The notes under the pieces are model-generated. The model was not told where the DNA came from. It saw only the letters and a list, made by a program, of their open reading frames with translations, and made no database searches. Below are positions 29,703 to 39,665 of a DNA stretch of 50,098 nucleotides, in pieces. The position numbers and the translations under genes are program-made. Every line of letters begins with the position of its first letter. Within the stretch, counting starts at the first letter, position 1. Where the stretch lies: the NCBI GenBank assembly GCA_040389125.1, contig JAZKAN010000004.1:1-50098 (forward strand). The letters run 5' to 3'. Source of the DNA: Patescibacteria group bacterium. GTDB lineage: Bacteria; Patescibacteriota; Minisyncoccia; Phycocordibacterales; DATDWN01.

Positions 29703-31814
29703 TCAGAGGATGTGTAATATTTTTTCTATATCTGTAATACTAATCGGTTTAGTGAGGTGATAATCAAATCCCGCTTCGGTTGCTTTGATTTTATCTTGAG
29801 CCTGGCCATATCCAGTCAGCGCGATCAGAGTAAATGGATGAGTAATTTCTTTTCGAAGAATTTTTGCAACTTCATAGCCATTCATAATTGGAAGTCCAAT
29901 ATCTAATACGATTACATCTGGAAGGAATTTTTTGACTGTTTCAATAGCAATGAGTCCGTCATATGCAAGTTCAACTTCGTATCCTTTGTGCATGAGAAGT
30001 TCACCGAGACCTAGTGCTGCGGCTTGGTTGTCATCAATAATAATAATTCTAGGTTTTTTAACATCAATCTTTTTTTTGTATTCATCTTCTCCTGCCGTGG
30101 TGTTTTGTGTAAATTGAGTTTTCTGTGCAGATGTATTTAATCCATTTGTTTTTTTTGCATCAAAAACAATTGGGAGTGTAATGACAAATTCACTTCCTTT
30201 TCCGAGACCGTCACTTTTTGCAACAATATTTCCATCGTGGAGAGTAGCGAGTTTGTGCGAGAGGGAGAGACCAATTCCGAGGCCATCTCCAGAGTGACTA
30301 TTTTTACCATTTACCTGCAGAAAAGGTTCAAAAATTTGGGTTAGCATATTTTCGTGAATTCCTATGCCCGTGTCTCGGATCCTAATAACAACCATATCAT
30401 CTATACTGGCGCATGTCAGAGTTATTGTTCCTTCTGGATCAGTGTATTTGGCAGCATTATTCAAAATATTAACAATCATTTGCTCCATACGTAGGGGATC
30501 AGCATAAATCACAATAGGTTTTTGCGGTAGATTAATATTTAGATTGTGTCGATATTTTACAATGGCAGGTTCTGCCATCTCCACTGAATTTTTTATGATC
30601 TCACTTAAATTTATATTTCTCTTTTCGAGAACAATTTTATTACGAGAAATTCGAGAAACATCTAATAAGTCGTTCAGTAGTTGTGAAATCGTACGCACAT
30701 GATTATCCATTGAATTAATCGTTTGAAGCAGTTCAGAATTTTCTCCCGTATTGCGTATTTTCATTAACTCGATAGCACTTCGTAGAGGTGCGAGAGGATT
30801 TCGAAGCTCATGTGCCAATATTGCAAGGAAATCACTTTTTGCTTCGTTTGCGGAACTGATTTGTTTTAACGCGTCCTGAAGTTTTTCAATATGGTCCACT
30901 AGACCGCGTGTCGCATGTTTTTTTTCCTTTGTTACACTGAGAAATATAAGAAATGTGACAGTTATGGTTCCAATAAAAAGCTGGAGGATGAGAAAGCCGG
31001 TATATACTGAGTGTTGGGCAAATGGTCCTCTGTGCATCATGGTCGCAATAACCGCGATGACTGAAGTTATAAATATGGACCCGGTCAAACCTCTGGAGCC
31101 AAATCTCGTTGCACCCCACAAAAGTGGTAAGGAAATAAAATAAAAAAGTGGAAGATTGTCAATCCTGTCGAATGAATACCAAAAAATCAAAAAGTTGAGA
31201 CCAAGAAGTGTTGTAAAAAAAGCAACGATTTCAGTCGTACTTAGTGAATCAGCATTCCATGGGCGTGTGGGTGCAAGTGAAGTGATAAGGAATGAAGTAA
31301 CCACGAGAACACTCAAAATTTCTCCAGTCCAGCACATAACAAATACTGAATACATCATTCCAGTTGAGATACTGTGAGTGAAAAAAAGGACAAATGTATC
31401 AATAATACTGCTCGTCAGTGTAGAACATATTGCAAGCAAACTAATAAATCCCAGCGTGCTCGGCAATCGCTCAAAACATCTAAAAATATTAAGATTTTTG
31501 TCCAAAAAATATGTTGCAACGATAATCTGTAATGTATTTCCAACTGCTACGCCGAGTGCGAGTGGCCACGACGCATGCATAAATAAAAATGTACCCACAG
31601 ATCCGATAAATATTCCTGGCCAGAGGTCATACCCATATAAAATCACAAAAGCTAGTGCAATTCCTGTTTCTGGATGTATAAAGGTGGCAAAACTAGAATC
31701 AGAAAAAGAATAAATGTGAAGTCCAGCCCATGTAGTAATAAAATAGAGTAGGAGTAGGATTCCTAACTTGACTACATACCAAACAGTGGGTTTGGGAATG
31801 TATTTTTCCATCAT
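29703..31814 (-). CDS. Hybrid sensor histidine kinase (MASE1-like membrane domain, HisKA, HATPase_c, C-terminal receiver)
   Basis: About 8 TM helices with the ETGIALAFVILYG..LWPGIFIG pattern. H-box AHELRNPL, N/G boxes (NNAAKYT, DTGIGI, GLGIGLSL), and a receiver domain (IIIIDDN...VLDIGLP.MNGYEV...ALTGYG...K). Confidence 0.85.
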   Translation of the reverse strand: MMEKYIPKPTVWYVVKLGILLLLYFITTWAGLHIYSFSDSSFATFIHPETGIALAFVILYGYDLWPGIFIGSVGTFLFMHASWPLALGVAVGNTLQIIVATYFLDKNLNIFRCFERLPSTLGFISLLAICSTLTSSIIDTFVLFFTHSISTGMMYSVFVMCWTGEILSVLVVTSFLITSLAPTRPWNADSLSTTEIVAFFTTLLGLNFLIFWYSFDRIDNLPLFYFISLPLLWGATRFGSRGLTGSIFITSVIAVIATMMHRGPFAQHSVYTGFLILQLFIGTITVTFLIFLSVTKEKKHATRGLVDHIEKLQDALKQISSANEAKSDFLAILAHELRNPLAPLRSAIELMKIRNTGENSELLQTINSMDNHVRTISQLLNDLLDVSRISRNKIVLEKRNINLSEIIKNSVEMAEPAIVKYRHNLNINLPQKPIVIYADPLRMEQMIVNILNNAAKYTDPEGTITLTCASIDDMVVIRIRDTGIGIHENMLTQIFEPFLQVNGKNSHSGDGLGIGLSLSHKLATLHDGNIVAKSDGLGKGSEFVITLPIVFDAKKTNGLNTSAQKTQFTQNTTAGEDEYKKKIDVKKPRIIIIDDNQAAALGLGELLMHKGYEVELAYDGLIAIETVKKFLPDVIVLDIGLPIMNGYEVAKILRKEITHPFTLIALTGYGQAQDKIKATEAGFDYHLTKPISITDIEKILHIL

Positions 31815-31902
31815 ATTGATACATTGTAGTATAGAGGTTTACACTGTCAATATAGAGCGTTCATGAAGATTACCTATACTCACCATCTACTTTCTTTCTA
31901 AT

Positions 31903-31934
31903 ACACAAAAGGCCCCATATAAGGCCTTTTGTGT
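31903..31934. terminator. Bidirectional terminator hairpin
   Basis: Perfect 12-bp stem ACACAAAAGGCC/GGCCTTTTGTGT. Confidence 0.7.
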
Positions 31935-31954
31935 AGCATGTGAAATTAATTTAT

Positions 31955-32686
31955 TTATTGAACTGAAGGAGAAATAACTACTGTTGCTTTTGCGCGGAGA
32001 GTAGCTATAAAATTTGTTGCAAGTGCATTTTGCTTATCAAGGATAATTTTTTGTTTGATTTGATCACTCAGTTCCTTTAAAGTAGGAATCGTTTTTATCC
32101 CAGCAATCTTCTGAGCTTTACTGTAGTCTGTATAAAACTGAGCAACTTCTGCATCCGTAGCAGCTGCAGTACTTATATCAATATTTTTTAGTAGGTACTC
32201 CTTTGCCTCGAGTTGTTTTGCAATATTCTCATGCAATTTTGCATCAGTTATATTATTTTTTACGAGTTCCTCTTTTAATTTATCAGCACCACCTGACTGA
32301 GTTACGATTGCCTGATACTGTTGTTCAACTTCCTCTGGTTTTGCTGTAATTCCAGCAGCTTTCACTTCTTGGGCGAGAATCTCATTATTAATCAAGTTGT
32401 CGATAACTATTTTTTTAAGTTGAGACATCTGTTCGGATGTTGTCGCAGTAATTCCTTGGGCAGAATATGATGCGATTGTCGCTGCGAGTTGAGTATCGAA
32501 TTCCGATTTTGGAATAACTGTACCGTTTACTGTAGCAACGCTTTCTGGCTCATTTCCTGTGAGTGACTTGATTTTATTGCCACCAATTGCAAAATATCCT
32601 GCAACCGCAAGCACAACGAGGATAATAATAACTGTGATGGTTTTGCCCATACCGCCCTTTTTTCCTTCTATATTTTCTGTATCCAT
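31955..32686 (-). CDS. Membrane-anchored SurA-N/PpiD-like chaperone domain protein (no PPIase domain seen)
   Basis: N-terminal TM anchor, then VATVNG..I.KSEFD..L, an alpha-helical Lys/Glu/Ala-rich region, about 243 aa. Confidence 0.55.
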   Translation of the reverse strand: MDTENIEGKKGGMGKTITVIIILVVLAVAGYFAIGGNKIKSLTGNEPESVATVNGTVIPKSEFDTQLAATIASYSAQGITATTSEQMSQLKKIVIDNLINNEILAQEVKAAGITAKPEEVEQQYQAIVTQSGGADKLKEELVKNNITDAKLHENIAKQLEAKEYLLKNIDISTAAATDAEVAQFYTDYSKAQKIAGIKTIPTLKELSDQIKQKIILDKQNALATNFIATLRAKATVVISPSVQ

Positions 32687-32817
32687 AATGTTTGAATTTA
32701 TTAACTATATTAATTTCAATACTGAGTAGTATACCAAATATTGCTTCGGAATGAAAAGTCGAGAAATTCTACCTGGGGACAACACTATGTAGAGCTAGAT
32801 TGCAACAAATAAGGTCA

Positions 32818-33717
32818 TTAGTCAAATATTTTTACGAGAAATGTGTTGATTTCTCGTTGGTCTAGATCGTAAAAATTCTTTTTCTCATTGTGTAGTTTGG
32901 TAGCGAGTTCAACTCCCACAAACCTCCAGTGCCACGGCTCATATATATAGTATGTATTTTCTTTAGGATACGAGGGAATAAAACCAAATCTATATGCGTT
33001 TTGCAAAAGCCACTCATATGATTTTGTCTTTTCAAATCCAGTCAATATTTCGCCAGTTGAGGTAGCGGTAAAATCCACTGCACTGCCCAGCTGGTGTTCA
33101 GAATAGCCCTGATCAGCTGAAAATTTATTTGCAGCTGTTGTGCCATAGGTTACTTTGTATGAGGCTTTAAGATTAGCCTGGGTTCCAAATGATCGATATG
33201 CAGACAGTACAAAAAATTGCACCGAATCAGCATTCGCCGCTCGCAGTAGATTTTCAAGAAAAGGTTTTACGCTCGTATGAATTTTTTCCGGTTTAGTTTT
33301 GCGAAATAGAAACTCTGTATCAATATCGCTGAGGGACGATGGAATAAAATTTTCACTTAGGAAATATACTTTTGAATATTTTTGCAAGAGTTCTCGATCA
33401 GTTTTGCTGAGCTTGTCGAGAAGTCCAACAGTAGTTGAAATGCTTTTAATTTGTGCTCCAAACATATCATTTTGTGCTATTTGATCCGTGAGTTCGGTAT
33501 GGAGAGCGGTGTTTTCATTTTGAAATTGCGCCAAAGCCCCATTACTTTTTTCAAGTGCACTCGTGGTAGACGCCAACTCCAGTTTCGTATTCTGTAAAGA
33601 CAAGGATTTCTGGCGAAATCGATATATCCCATATGCGATAAAGGAAATACATATTACTATTACAAAGATGCACGCAATAATAATTTTCCTTTCAACTTTA
33701 TTCAGGATGGTTTTCAT
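32818..33717 (-). CDS. M15-family D-alanyl-D-alanine carboxypeptidase (VanY-like), membrane anchored
   Basis: SEHQLGSAVDF and EPWHWRF zinc-ligand motifs, with an N-terminal TM helix and coiled coil. Confidence 0.75.
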   Translation of the reverse strand: MKTILNKVERKIIIACIFVIVICISFIAYGIYRFRQKSLSLQNTKLELASTTSALEKSNGALAQFQNENTALHTELTDQIAQNDMFGAQIKSISTTVGLLDKLSKTDRELLQKYSKVYFLSENFIPSSLSDIDTEFLFRKTKPEKIHTSVKPFLENLLRAANADSVQFFVLSAYRSFGTQANLKASYKVTYGTTAANKFSADQGYSEHQLGSAVDFTATSTGEILTGFEKTKSYEWLLQNAYRFGFIPSYPKENTYYIYEPWHWRFVGVELATKLHNEKKNFYDLDQREINTFLVKIFD

Positions 33718-33777
33718 GGATTGTGTAGATATATAGTATATCACGCATACATCAAACACTCTCTTTGACAGCCTCTG

Positions 33778-34206
33778 TTATTTAGTAGCTGGAAATTCTA
33801 CTGTCCATTCGATCCCATATTTGTCTCTAAACATTCCAAAATACGTACCCCAGGCACTCAGAGCCATTGGAACCTCTACTTGACCTCCTGCTGAAAGACC
33901 GTTAAAAATAGCATCGGCTTCTTCTTTATTTTCTGCACTGACTGAAATTTTACTTCGATTTTCATTTTCATTCACTGTACCCATAAATGCAGGCACATCA
34001 TTTGCCATGAGCAGGTTGTTCTTGCCAATAGGCAAAGCAATGAGCATGATTTTATCTGCATCTGTCTCTTCCACTGGAAATTCTGAACTTGCGAGATCTT
34101 TGAAACGAATAATTTTGGTAAACTCTCCGCCGAAAACTGATTTATAAAAAGTAAACGCCTCTTCGGCATTGCCGTTGAAGTTAATCCAAGGATTTATATT
34201 TATCAT
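33778..34206 (-). CDS. VOC-superfamily protein (PhnB-like / 3-demethylubiquinone methyltransferase-like domain)
   Basis: The pattern I.PWINFNGNAEEAFTFYKSVFGGEF....F...........M.......N.LMA.D is typical of this family. Start taken at MININP. Confidence 0.7.
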   Translation of the reverse strand: MININPWINFNGNAEEAFTFYKSVFGGEFTKIIRFKDLASSEFPVEETDADKIMLIALPIGKNNLLMANDVPAFMGTVNENENRSKISVSAENKEEADAIFNGLSAGGQVEVPMALSAWGTYFGMFRDKYGIEWTVEFPATK

Positions 34207-34329
34207 ATGATAACCATAGCAGATAGAATAAATAGGACAAGTTGTTCCCTCGTACTGACGAATGATTTTGGAATATATAAAAAATTTGCTTTTGGTATAG
34301 TAAAAGAGTTGGGTGTTTCCACCCAACTC

Positions 34330-34659
34330 TCATCCCGTGCCTGCTTCGTCTTGTCCATCCGTTTCTGCAATCCCAAGCCGTTGTAAAAACGATTTATCTT
34401 CTTCTTTTTCGGCACCAGGAACAGGTTTATCCTCCAATTTTGGTGTCGGAGGGGTTTCTTCAGGTTTGTTTTGTGCGAGAATATTGCAGAGTCTTCGAAG
34501 CTCTTTTAAAGGTCGCGTGTTTTTGACTGCTTCCATACAGTTAGGACACACCCCTATGATGAGCAATTCATGTTTGTCTGTAATGAAGACATTTGTGTGT
34601 CGTACTTCTCCACCACAAGAACAAATAGTCTCAATTTCTTGAACCCTTTTTGTACTCAT
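34330..34659 (-). CDS. Hypothetical small protein with CxC...CxxC zinc-ribbon-like N-terminus and acidic/Pro-rich tail (cassette gene)
   Basis: GGAGG, 8 nt, ATG (MSTKRV). Cysteine pattern ICSCGG....GVCPNC. G+C is higher than in the flanks. Confidence 0.5.
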   Translation of the reverse strand: MSTKRVQEIETICSCGGEVRHTNVFITDKHELLIIGVCPNCMEAVKNTRPLKELRRLCNILAQNKPEETPPTPKLEDKPVPGAEKEEDKSFLQRLGIAETDGQDEAGTG

Positions 34660-34723
34660 GAAACTGACCTCCTGGATCAATAGTAGCGCCTTTCAAGAGA
34701 ATTACAAATAAAAAGAATACAAC

Positions 34724-34823
34724 TTCTGGACTGTTAATTGGAGGAATATTCAGTTTGTGATGAAGTTGATAGGTTTTGTATAAAATGAAAACCGCCTCGC
34801 CTAGAGAACAACGAAGCGTTCTC
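34724..34823 (-). repeat. Intergenic repeat family F1, copy a (5'-truncated), plus the conserved terminator hairpin
   Basis: Aligns with 45484-45577: ...attgg.gg.at.ttcagtttg.gatg..ttgat.ggttttgtataaaa.gaaaacc.cctcg...cga.g.gtt.tc. Confidence 0.7.
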
Positions 34824-34843
34824 ATTAGCGGGCAGCTGTGCAA

Positions 34844-35137
34844 TTACAAGGCCTTTTGATTAGGTATTTTGGCGCCAAGTTGTCGATCAAGATGTAGTAG
34901 GTTAAAGTCGTACAACTTGAATCGTGCTTTACCCGGGTTCTTGTAGTCAGGATGTTTCATTTGTAGATTTGAGAGTACAAGGGAAATTGCCCTTTCTTCG
35001 GTGATTTCCGTAAAGGTAGAGGAATGGTAACCATACCACCCGTCCCAATCGAACTGTTCACGGAAGGTTTTTCCTTCTACTGTGACAGTACGAATGAGTC
35101 TCCCGTTATTTTGGTAGAAACGTACATTGATATTCAT
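34844..35137 (-). CDS. Hypothetical protein (cassette gene)
   Basis: A 97-aa ORF with GGGA, 6 nt, ATG. It has its own upstream motif AAATAAGTAGTATGG and a downstream hairpin terminator. Confidence 0.5.
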   Translation of the reverse strand: MNINVRFYQNNGRLIRTVTVEGKTFREQFDWDGWYGYHSSTFTEITEERAISLVLSNLQMKHPDYKNPGKARFKLYDFNLLHLDRQLGAKIPNQKAL

Positions 35138-35234
35138 GGAAGTCCCTTCTGGAATCCATACTACTTATTTCTGCTGTTTTGTAAACGAAAACGCCCAGTC
35201 GGACGAATCCGCTGGACGTGTAGTATTGCCCAAA

Positions 35235-35618
35235 CTATTGCCTAGCCCTTCTCCTTTTCTCAGCACGAGTGAGAATTTTTGTTGTGCCCTCTAGCCAACT
35301 CGAAGGGTGACGTCCTTTTGCATTCAGTACGAGAGTCCAAACTTCGATGCTAGCTTCACCACATCCCGCATCAAATAGGTCATCGATCGTGATGTTGTCT
35401 GCAAGTTGCAAGATGTCAGCGCATCTGAGTCTCTTGAATTCTCTGAGTGCAGAGTTTAATCTGCTTACTGCCTGGAGAGTATATGTTCTTCCAGACAGTA
35501 ACATCGCAAGCTCCTTGGCGGTGATTTCCTCCTCGCCAACATGGAGTACCACCCTGTTCTTTCTTTGTAGAAAACTCTTACTGAGATAGTGCTCCTGCCA
35601 TTCATCAATTCTTCTCAC
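35235..35618 (-). CDS. Hypothetical protein (cassette gene), GTG start
   Basis: TTGACA-17-TATCTT promoter, then GGAGG, 6 nt, GTG at 35618. Basic C-terminal tail (KRRRARQ). Confidence 0.5.
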   Translation of the reverse strand: MRRIDEWQEHYLSKSFLQRKNRVVLHVGEEEITAKELAMLLSGRTYTLQAVSRLNSALREFKRLRCADILQLADNITIDDLFDAGCGEASIEVWTLVLNAKGRHPSSWLEGTTKILTRAEKRRRARQ

Positions 35619-35636
35619 GTCTTGCCTCCGATTGGT

Positions 35637-35665
35637 AAGATAGCACAACTAATTAAATTTGTCAA
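35637..35665 (-). promoter_or_regulatory. Promoter TTGACA-17-TATCTT
   Basis: -35 at 35665-35660 and -10 at 35642-35637 on the minus strand, immediately downstream of F1 copy b. Confidence 0.6.
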
Positions 35666-35670
35666 CTTTT

Positions 35671-35730
35671 GCTCCCTATCGTGGGTAAGTTCAGAACTCT
35701 GGATTGGGGGAATATTCAGTTTGTGATGAA
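35671..35730 (-). repeat. Intergenic repeat family F1, copy b
   Basis: Sequence gctccctatcgtgggtaagttcagaactctggattgggggaatattcagtttgtgatgaa. The palindrome AGTTCAGAACT lies at 35688-35698. Confidence 0.75.
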
Positions 35731-35855
35731 TGAGATATTTACTTGAAAGAACGTCCTCGTGAGTGAGCATTTTTTATTCATGAAATTAGTTCTTCATCAA
35801 AAATTTTTGAAGAAATTATACACTGGACACTGGGGAGTAAGGATTTAAATTTAAT

Positions 35856-37196
35856 ATGTCTGAATATTCTAACCACACCGCTAGCACCGTGTCTCTGTCT
35901 CATATTGAATCACCCGATTATTTTTATAATGCGATATTAGCCTTCCTGGGTTTCTCTCTGCTATTTTTTATTATTTTAGCAAAGGCAAAAGGAGCAGCGG
36001 GTCTTTCGTCGAGCCCATTTCTTTTGGTATATACAGTGCTAGTTACATCATTTGAACTTTCTCGCATCATAAGTGCGATGTTTTACAATAATTTAATTCA
36101 CAATAAAGTTCGTGACCAAAGCGAATTAATTCAGGATGAGTTTGAACCAACAGTTACTTTTGTAATTCCATGCAAAAATGAGGAAAAAACTATTGCCAAA
36201 ACAATTCAAAAATCTTTTGCTTCTAATTATCCAGCAGACAAATTGGAGGTGATTATTATTAATGATGGTAGTACTGATAACACAATCAGTGTTTTGCGTG
36301 ATCTACAAAAAGAATTTCCTGCTTTGATTGTTATTGATTGGGAAATAAACCAAGGTAAAAGACATGGTATGGCTGCGGGTATTCGAGAGGCAAAAGGAGA
36401 AATAATAGTTCAGCTAGATAGTGATAGTTATATTGAACCGGATACATTTTATGAAATTATTGAGCCGTTTCGAAACAAGAAAATTGGTGCTGTGTGTGCA
36501 CATGCGGATCCAGAAAATGCGGATGAGAATTTTCTGACAAAAATGCAAGCCGCATATTATTTTCTTTCATTTCGCATTTTGAAAGCGGCAGAGTCGACTC
36601 TATATACTGTTTTTTGTTGCAGTGGTTGTTCATCTGCATATAGAAAATCACTCATTGAACCAATTCTAGATGAATGGCTTGCTGAAAAGTTCTTGGGTCT
36701 GCCAGTGACATGGGGAGACGATCGTGCGCTTACAAACTGGGTGCTTAGGCAAGGATACAAAACAATATATACAGATAGAACTCAGGCGTACACAATATGC
36801 CCAAACAACTTCAAGCAACTTATGAAACAACAAATCCGTTGGAAAAAGGGTTGGTTTGTGAACTCCATATTTGCAAGTAAATTTATTTGGAAGGAGCAAC
36901 CGTTTGTTGCGTTTACATACTTTTTTCCACTTATTTTTATTACTCTTATTACTCCATTTATGGCATCAAAAGCACTCTTGTACAATACAATTGTGGAAGG
37001 AAATTCACCAATTCTCTATGTGAGTGGAATATTTTTGGTTGCTGCACTTGTCACTATTTATTATCGGTATATTGCGAGAAAAAATAAATATTGGCCGTAT
37101 GTTTTTGCATGGTCTGCACTCAATATGGTTGTTTTATCTTTTGTTTTATTCTATGCGATAGGAACTATTCAAAATCGTAAATGGGGCACACGATAA
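35856..37196 (+). CDS. Processive family-2 glycosyltransferase (chitin/hyaluronan/PNAG-synthase-like)
   Basis: Motifs INDGSTDNT, QLDSDS, GDDRALT and QQIRWKKGW (QxxRW), with flanking TM helices. Confidence 0.8.
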   Translation: MSEYSNHTASTVSLSHIESPDYFYNAILAFLGFSLLFFIILAKAKGAAGLSSSPFLLVYTVLVTSFELSRIISAMFYNNLIHNKVRDQSELIQDEFEPTVTFVIPCKNEEKTIAKTIQKSFASNYPADKLEVIIINDGSTDNTISVLRDLQKEFPALIVIDWEINQGKRHGMAAGIREAKGEIIVQLDSDSYIEPDTFYEIIEPFRNKKIGAVCAHADPENADENFLTKMQAAYYFLSFRILKAAESTLYTVFCCSGCSSAYRKSLIEPILDEWLAEKFLGLPVTWGDDRALTNWVLRQGYKTIYTDRTQAYTICPNNFKQLMKQQIRWKKGWFVNSIFASKFIWKEQPFVAFTYFFPLIFITLITPFMASKALLYNTIVEGNSPILYVSGIFLVAALVTIYYRYIARKNKYWPYVFAWSALNMVVLSFVLFYAIGTIQNRKWGTR

Positions 37197-39625
37197 ATAA
37201 AAATATGGATTTACACGCACAAAAATTAAAAATAGTTCTAGGAACACTCGGTCTCGTACTCATCGTAGGGATAACATACGGTATGTTTTCTTTGAGTACA
37301 AATCGATTTTTTAGTTTTCAAAATTTTTCTCACATTTTGTCATATTTCCAACTAAAAACAGAATATAGCATGATGGAGAACAATCAAAACCTTCTGGCAA
37401 CTACTATTTCTGCTTTCTCGCAGTCTGAAAAAGTTCAAAATCGGTCGACCGGGGTTGCGAAAACCGTTCCGGTGCTTTTGTACCACGGAATAGTGGAAAA
37501 AGCAGATCGGTTTAGTATGACAAAAGAAACTTTTAAAGACCAGATATTTTCTTTAAAAAAAGCAGGGTATCAGACTATTTCTGTATCTGATTTGATTGAT
37601 TTTGAAAATGGCAACAAGGAATTGCCAGAAAAATCATTTCTTCTCACGTTTGACGATGGACGTATGGATAGTTATTTGATGGCTGACCCTATTTTAAAAG
37701 TAGTAGGGTACACAGCTGTTATGTATGTTGCTGTGGCGGATTCGTTTGCTGCAAGTACTGATATCGGCATTCATTCATATTACATATCACTTGAAGATAT
37801 ACAGTCAATGATAAAATCTGGTCGGTGGGAGATTGGTTCTCACGCAATCCAGGAGTCACAAGATGGGGTTAAAAACGGATTTGTTCAGGTGGGGGAAAAT
37901 GGAGAAATTGCAAACTTTCTCAGTAATAAAAAATGGATAACTAATGAGAATAGATTAGAAACTGATGAAGAATACACTTCGCGTATTTTGCACGAGCTCC
38001 ACGACTCAAAGAAGGAACTGGAGGAAAAGCTGGGTGTAACCATAGAATCAATGTCATATCCTTTTGGTGACTATGGGCAACAATCGATTAACAATCCAGA
38101 TGCAATCAATATGATCAATGCTATTGTCAAGGATAATTATCGCATTGCATTCCAGCAGGTGTGGCCAGAAGATGGAGATTTTAGTTTCAATCGTCCTGGA
38201 ATCAATCCTGCGTATCTCAAACGAATTGAGATACCCACAGCATGGTCTGGGGAACAGCTTGTCACTTTTATGACACAAAATACAGAAAAGACATTGCCGG
38301 TATATGATTCATTTACATCACAAATGGGTTGGCGTGATACATGGTCACATTCGTCAATAGAAGAAAATTCACTTGTACTAGCATCTAGTGCAACCACCAC
38401 AGGAGCAATGGTTTTTTTGGATGGAACACAAACTTTTTCCAATTATATTTATGCTGTGACAGCAGATTGGAAAAGGGGTAGTCATGTATCTCTTGTTGTT
38501 AGATATATTGATCCAAAAAATTATACCTCATGCACATTTGCAGATAATGCGGTACGGCTTGAACAATATACAAACGGGTTAGTAAGAAAACTTTCTGAAT
38601 CAAAAAACCTTTTAGAACTATCCACATCAACTCCTGTTTCTCTCGCAGTGTCAATTAATGATGATTTTGCAAAGTGTATAATAGGAAATAATATTGTTAC
38701 ATTTGCAACCGTCTCATCTGGGATGGGTGGGGTAGGACTTAAAGTATGGGATCAGGAATTAGGAAATGCACGTGTTGATTTTAAAACAATACAGATACTG
38801 CCGACTGATGAGATTCAAAGCTATTTGGCATTCGCTCCGAAATATGATTTAAAACAAACATCATCAGTTAATAAACCTGTGAGTAAATCCCAAGCTCCTG
38901 ATTCTACATCCCCAACAATTCCTAATCCCAACCCCATTTTCACAGAAAATATTTTTAGTCCTCACATTGTGTCTTCTATTGAATCAACAACGACACCAAT
39001 AATTCCCGAGCCTGAAATTCCTATCCCTGTTCCTGAGCTTTTCATTGCACCTATCATGCTGTTTAATTTAGATGGAGAAAGTACTCCGTATCATATGGAT
39101 ATTACAGATCCATATAACGGCTGGAAAAATATATTTGGAAGTCTGTTGGGGAGCGAAGGGGAGATAATTTTTGGGACAAATGCATCAACTACTTCCTCCC
39201 TTGCTGTTTTGCAAGGTTCAGAAATGTGGACAAATTATTTATACTCTACCAATTTGAATTGGCACAGTGGAACAGGAATGACGCTTGTTGCACGATATGT
39301 AGATGAAAAAAATTATACTGCTTGCTCATTTAGTACTGACGGTAAGTCAGTTAGATTGTATCAGGTAATAAATGGAGACATAAAAACAATTGGTCAATCT
39401 CCGCAGTTGCCATTGCAAGGTTACGCAACATGGGAAAATATCCATCTGGGAATGTCCGTAAAAGGTACTCATGTTGAATGTCTCAAGGATGGAATATGGG
39501 CGATGCGGGCGGATTTGCCGAACATGGCATCAACAGGAGGTATTGGGGTAAAAACATATGATGTTACAAGAGGTGCTGCCTCAATCGGTATAAAAGAAAT
39601 AACTGTTTTTGGTATTGAAAACTAG
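37181..39625 (+). CDS. Polysaccharide deacetylase (NodB domain) with two C-terminal jelly-roll (LamG/DUF1080-like) modules
   Basis: NodB motifs LLTFDDGRMDSY, HA and YPFGDY. Two paralogous ~150-aa modules carry VVRYID.KNYT.C.F....VRL.Q. The start may instead be 37205. Confidence 0.8.
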   Translation: MGHTINKNMDLHAQKLKIVLGTLGLVLIVGITYGMFSLSTNRFFSFQNFSHILSYFQLKTEYSMMENNQNLLATTISAFSQSEKVQNRSTGVAKTVPVLLYHGIVEKADRFSMTKETFKDQIFSLKKAGYQTISVSDLIDFENGNKELPEKSFLLTFDDGRMDSYLMADPILKVVGYTAVMYVAVADSFAASTDIGIHSYYISLEDIQSMIKSGRWEIGSHAIQESQDGVKNGFVQVGENGEIANFLSNKKWITNENRLETDEEYTSRILHELHDSKKELEEKLGVTIESMSYPFGDYGQQSINNPDAINMINAIVKDNYRIAFQQVWPEDGDFSFNRPGINPAYLKRIEIPTAWSGEQLVTFMTQNTEKTLPVYDSFTSQMGWRDTWSHSSIEENSLVLASSATTTGAMVFLDGTQTFSNYIYAVTADWKRGSHVSLVVRYIDPKNYTSCTFADNAVRLEQYTNGLVRKLSESKNLLELSTSTPVSLAVSINDDFAKCIIGNNIVTFATVSSGMGGVGLKVWDQELGNARVDFKTIQILPTDEIQSYLAFAPKYDLKQTSSVNKPVSKSQAPDSTSPTIPNPNPIFTENIFSPHIVSSIESTTTPIIPEPEIPIPVPELFIAPIMLFNLDGESTPYHMDITDPYNGWKNIFGSLLGSEGEIIFGTNASTTSSLAVLQGSEMWTNYLYSTNLNWHSGTGMTLVARYVDEKNYTACSFSTDGKSVRLYQVINGDIKTIGQSPQLPLQGYATWENIHLGMSVKGTHVECLKDGIWAMRADLPNMASTGGIGVKTYDVTRGAASIGIKEITVFGIEN

Positions 39626-39665
39626 TAACAAAAAACATCTCTGCAAAATACTATACTCATTTATC

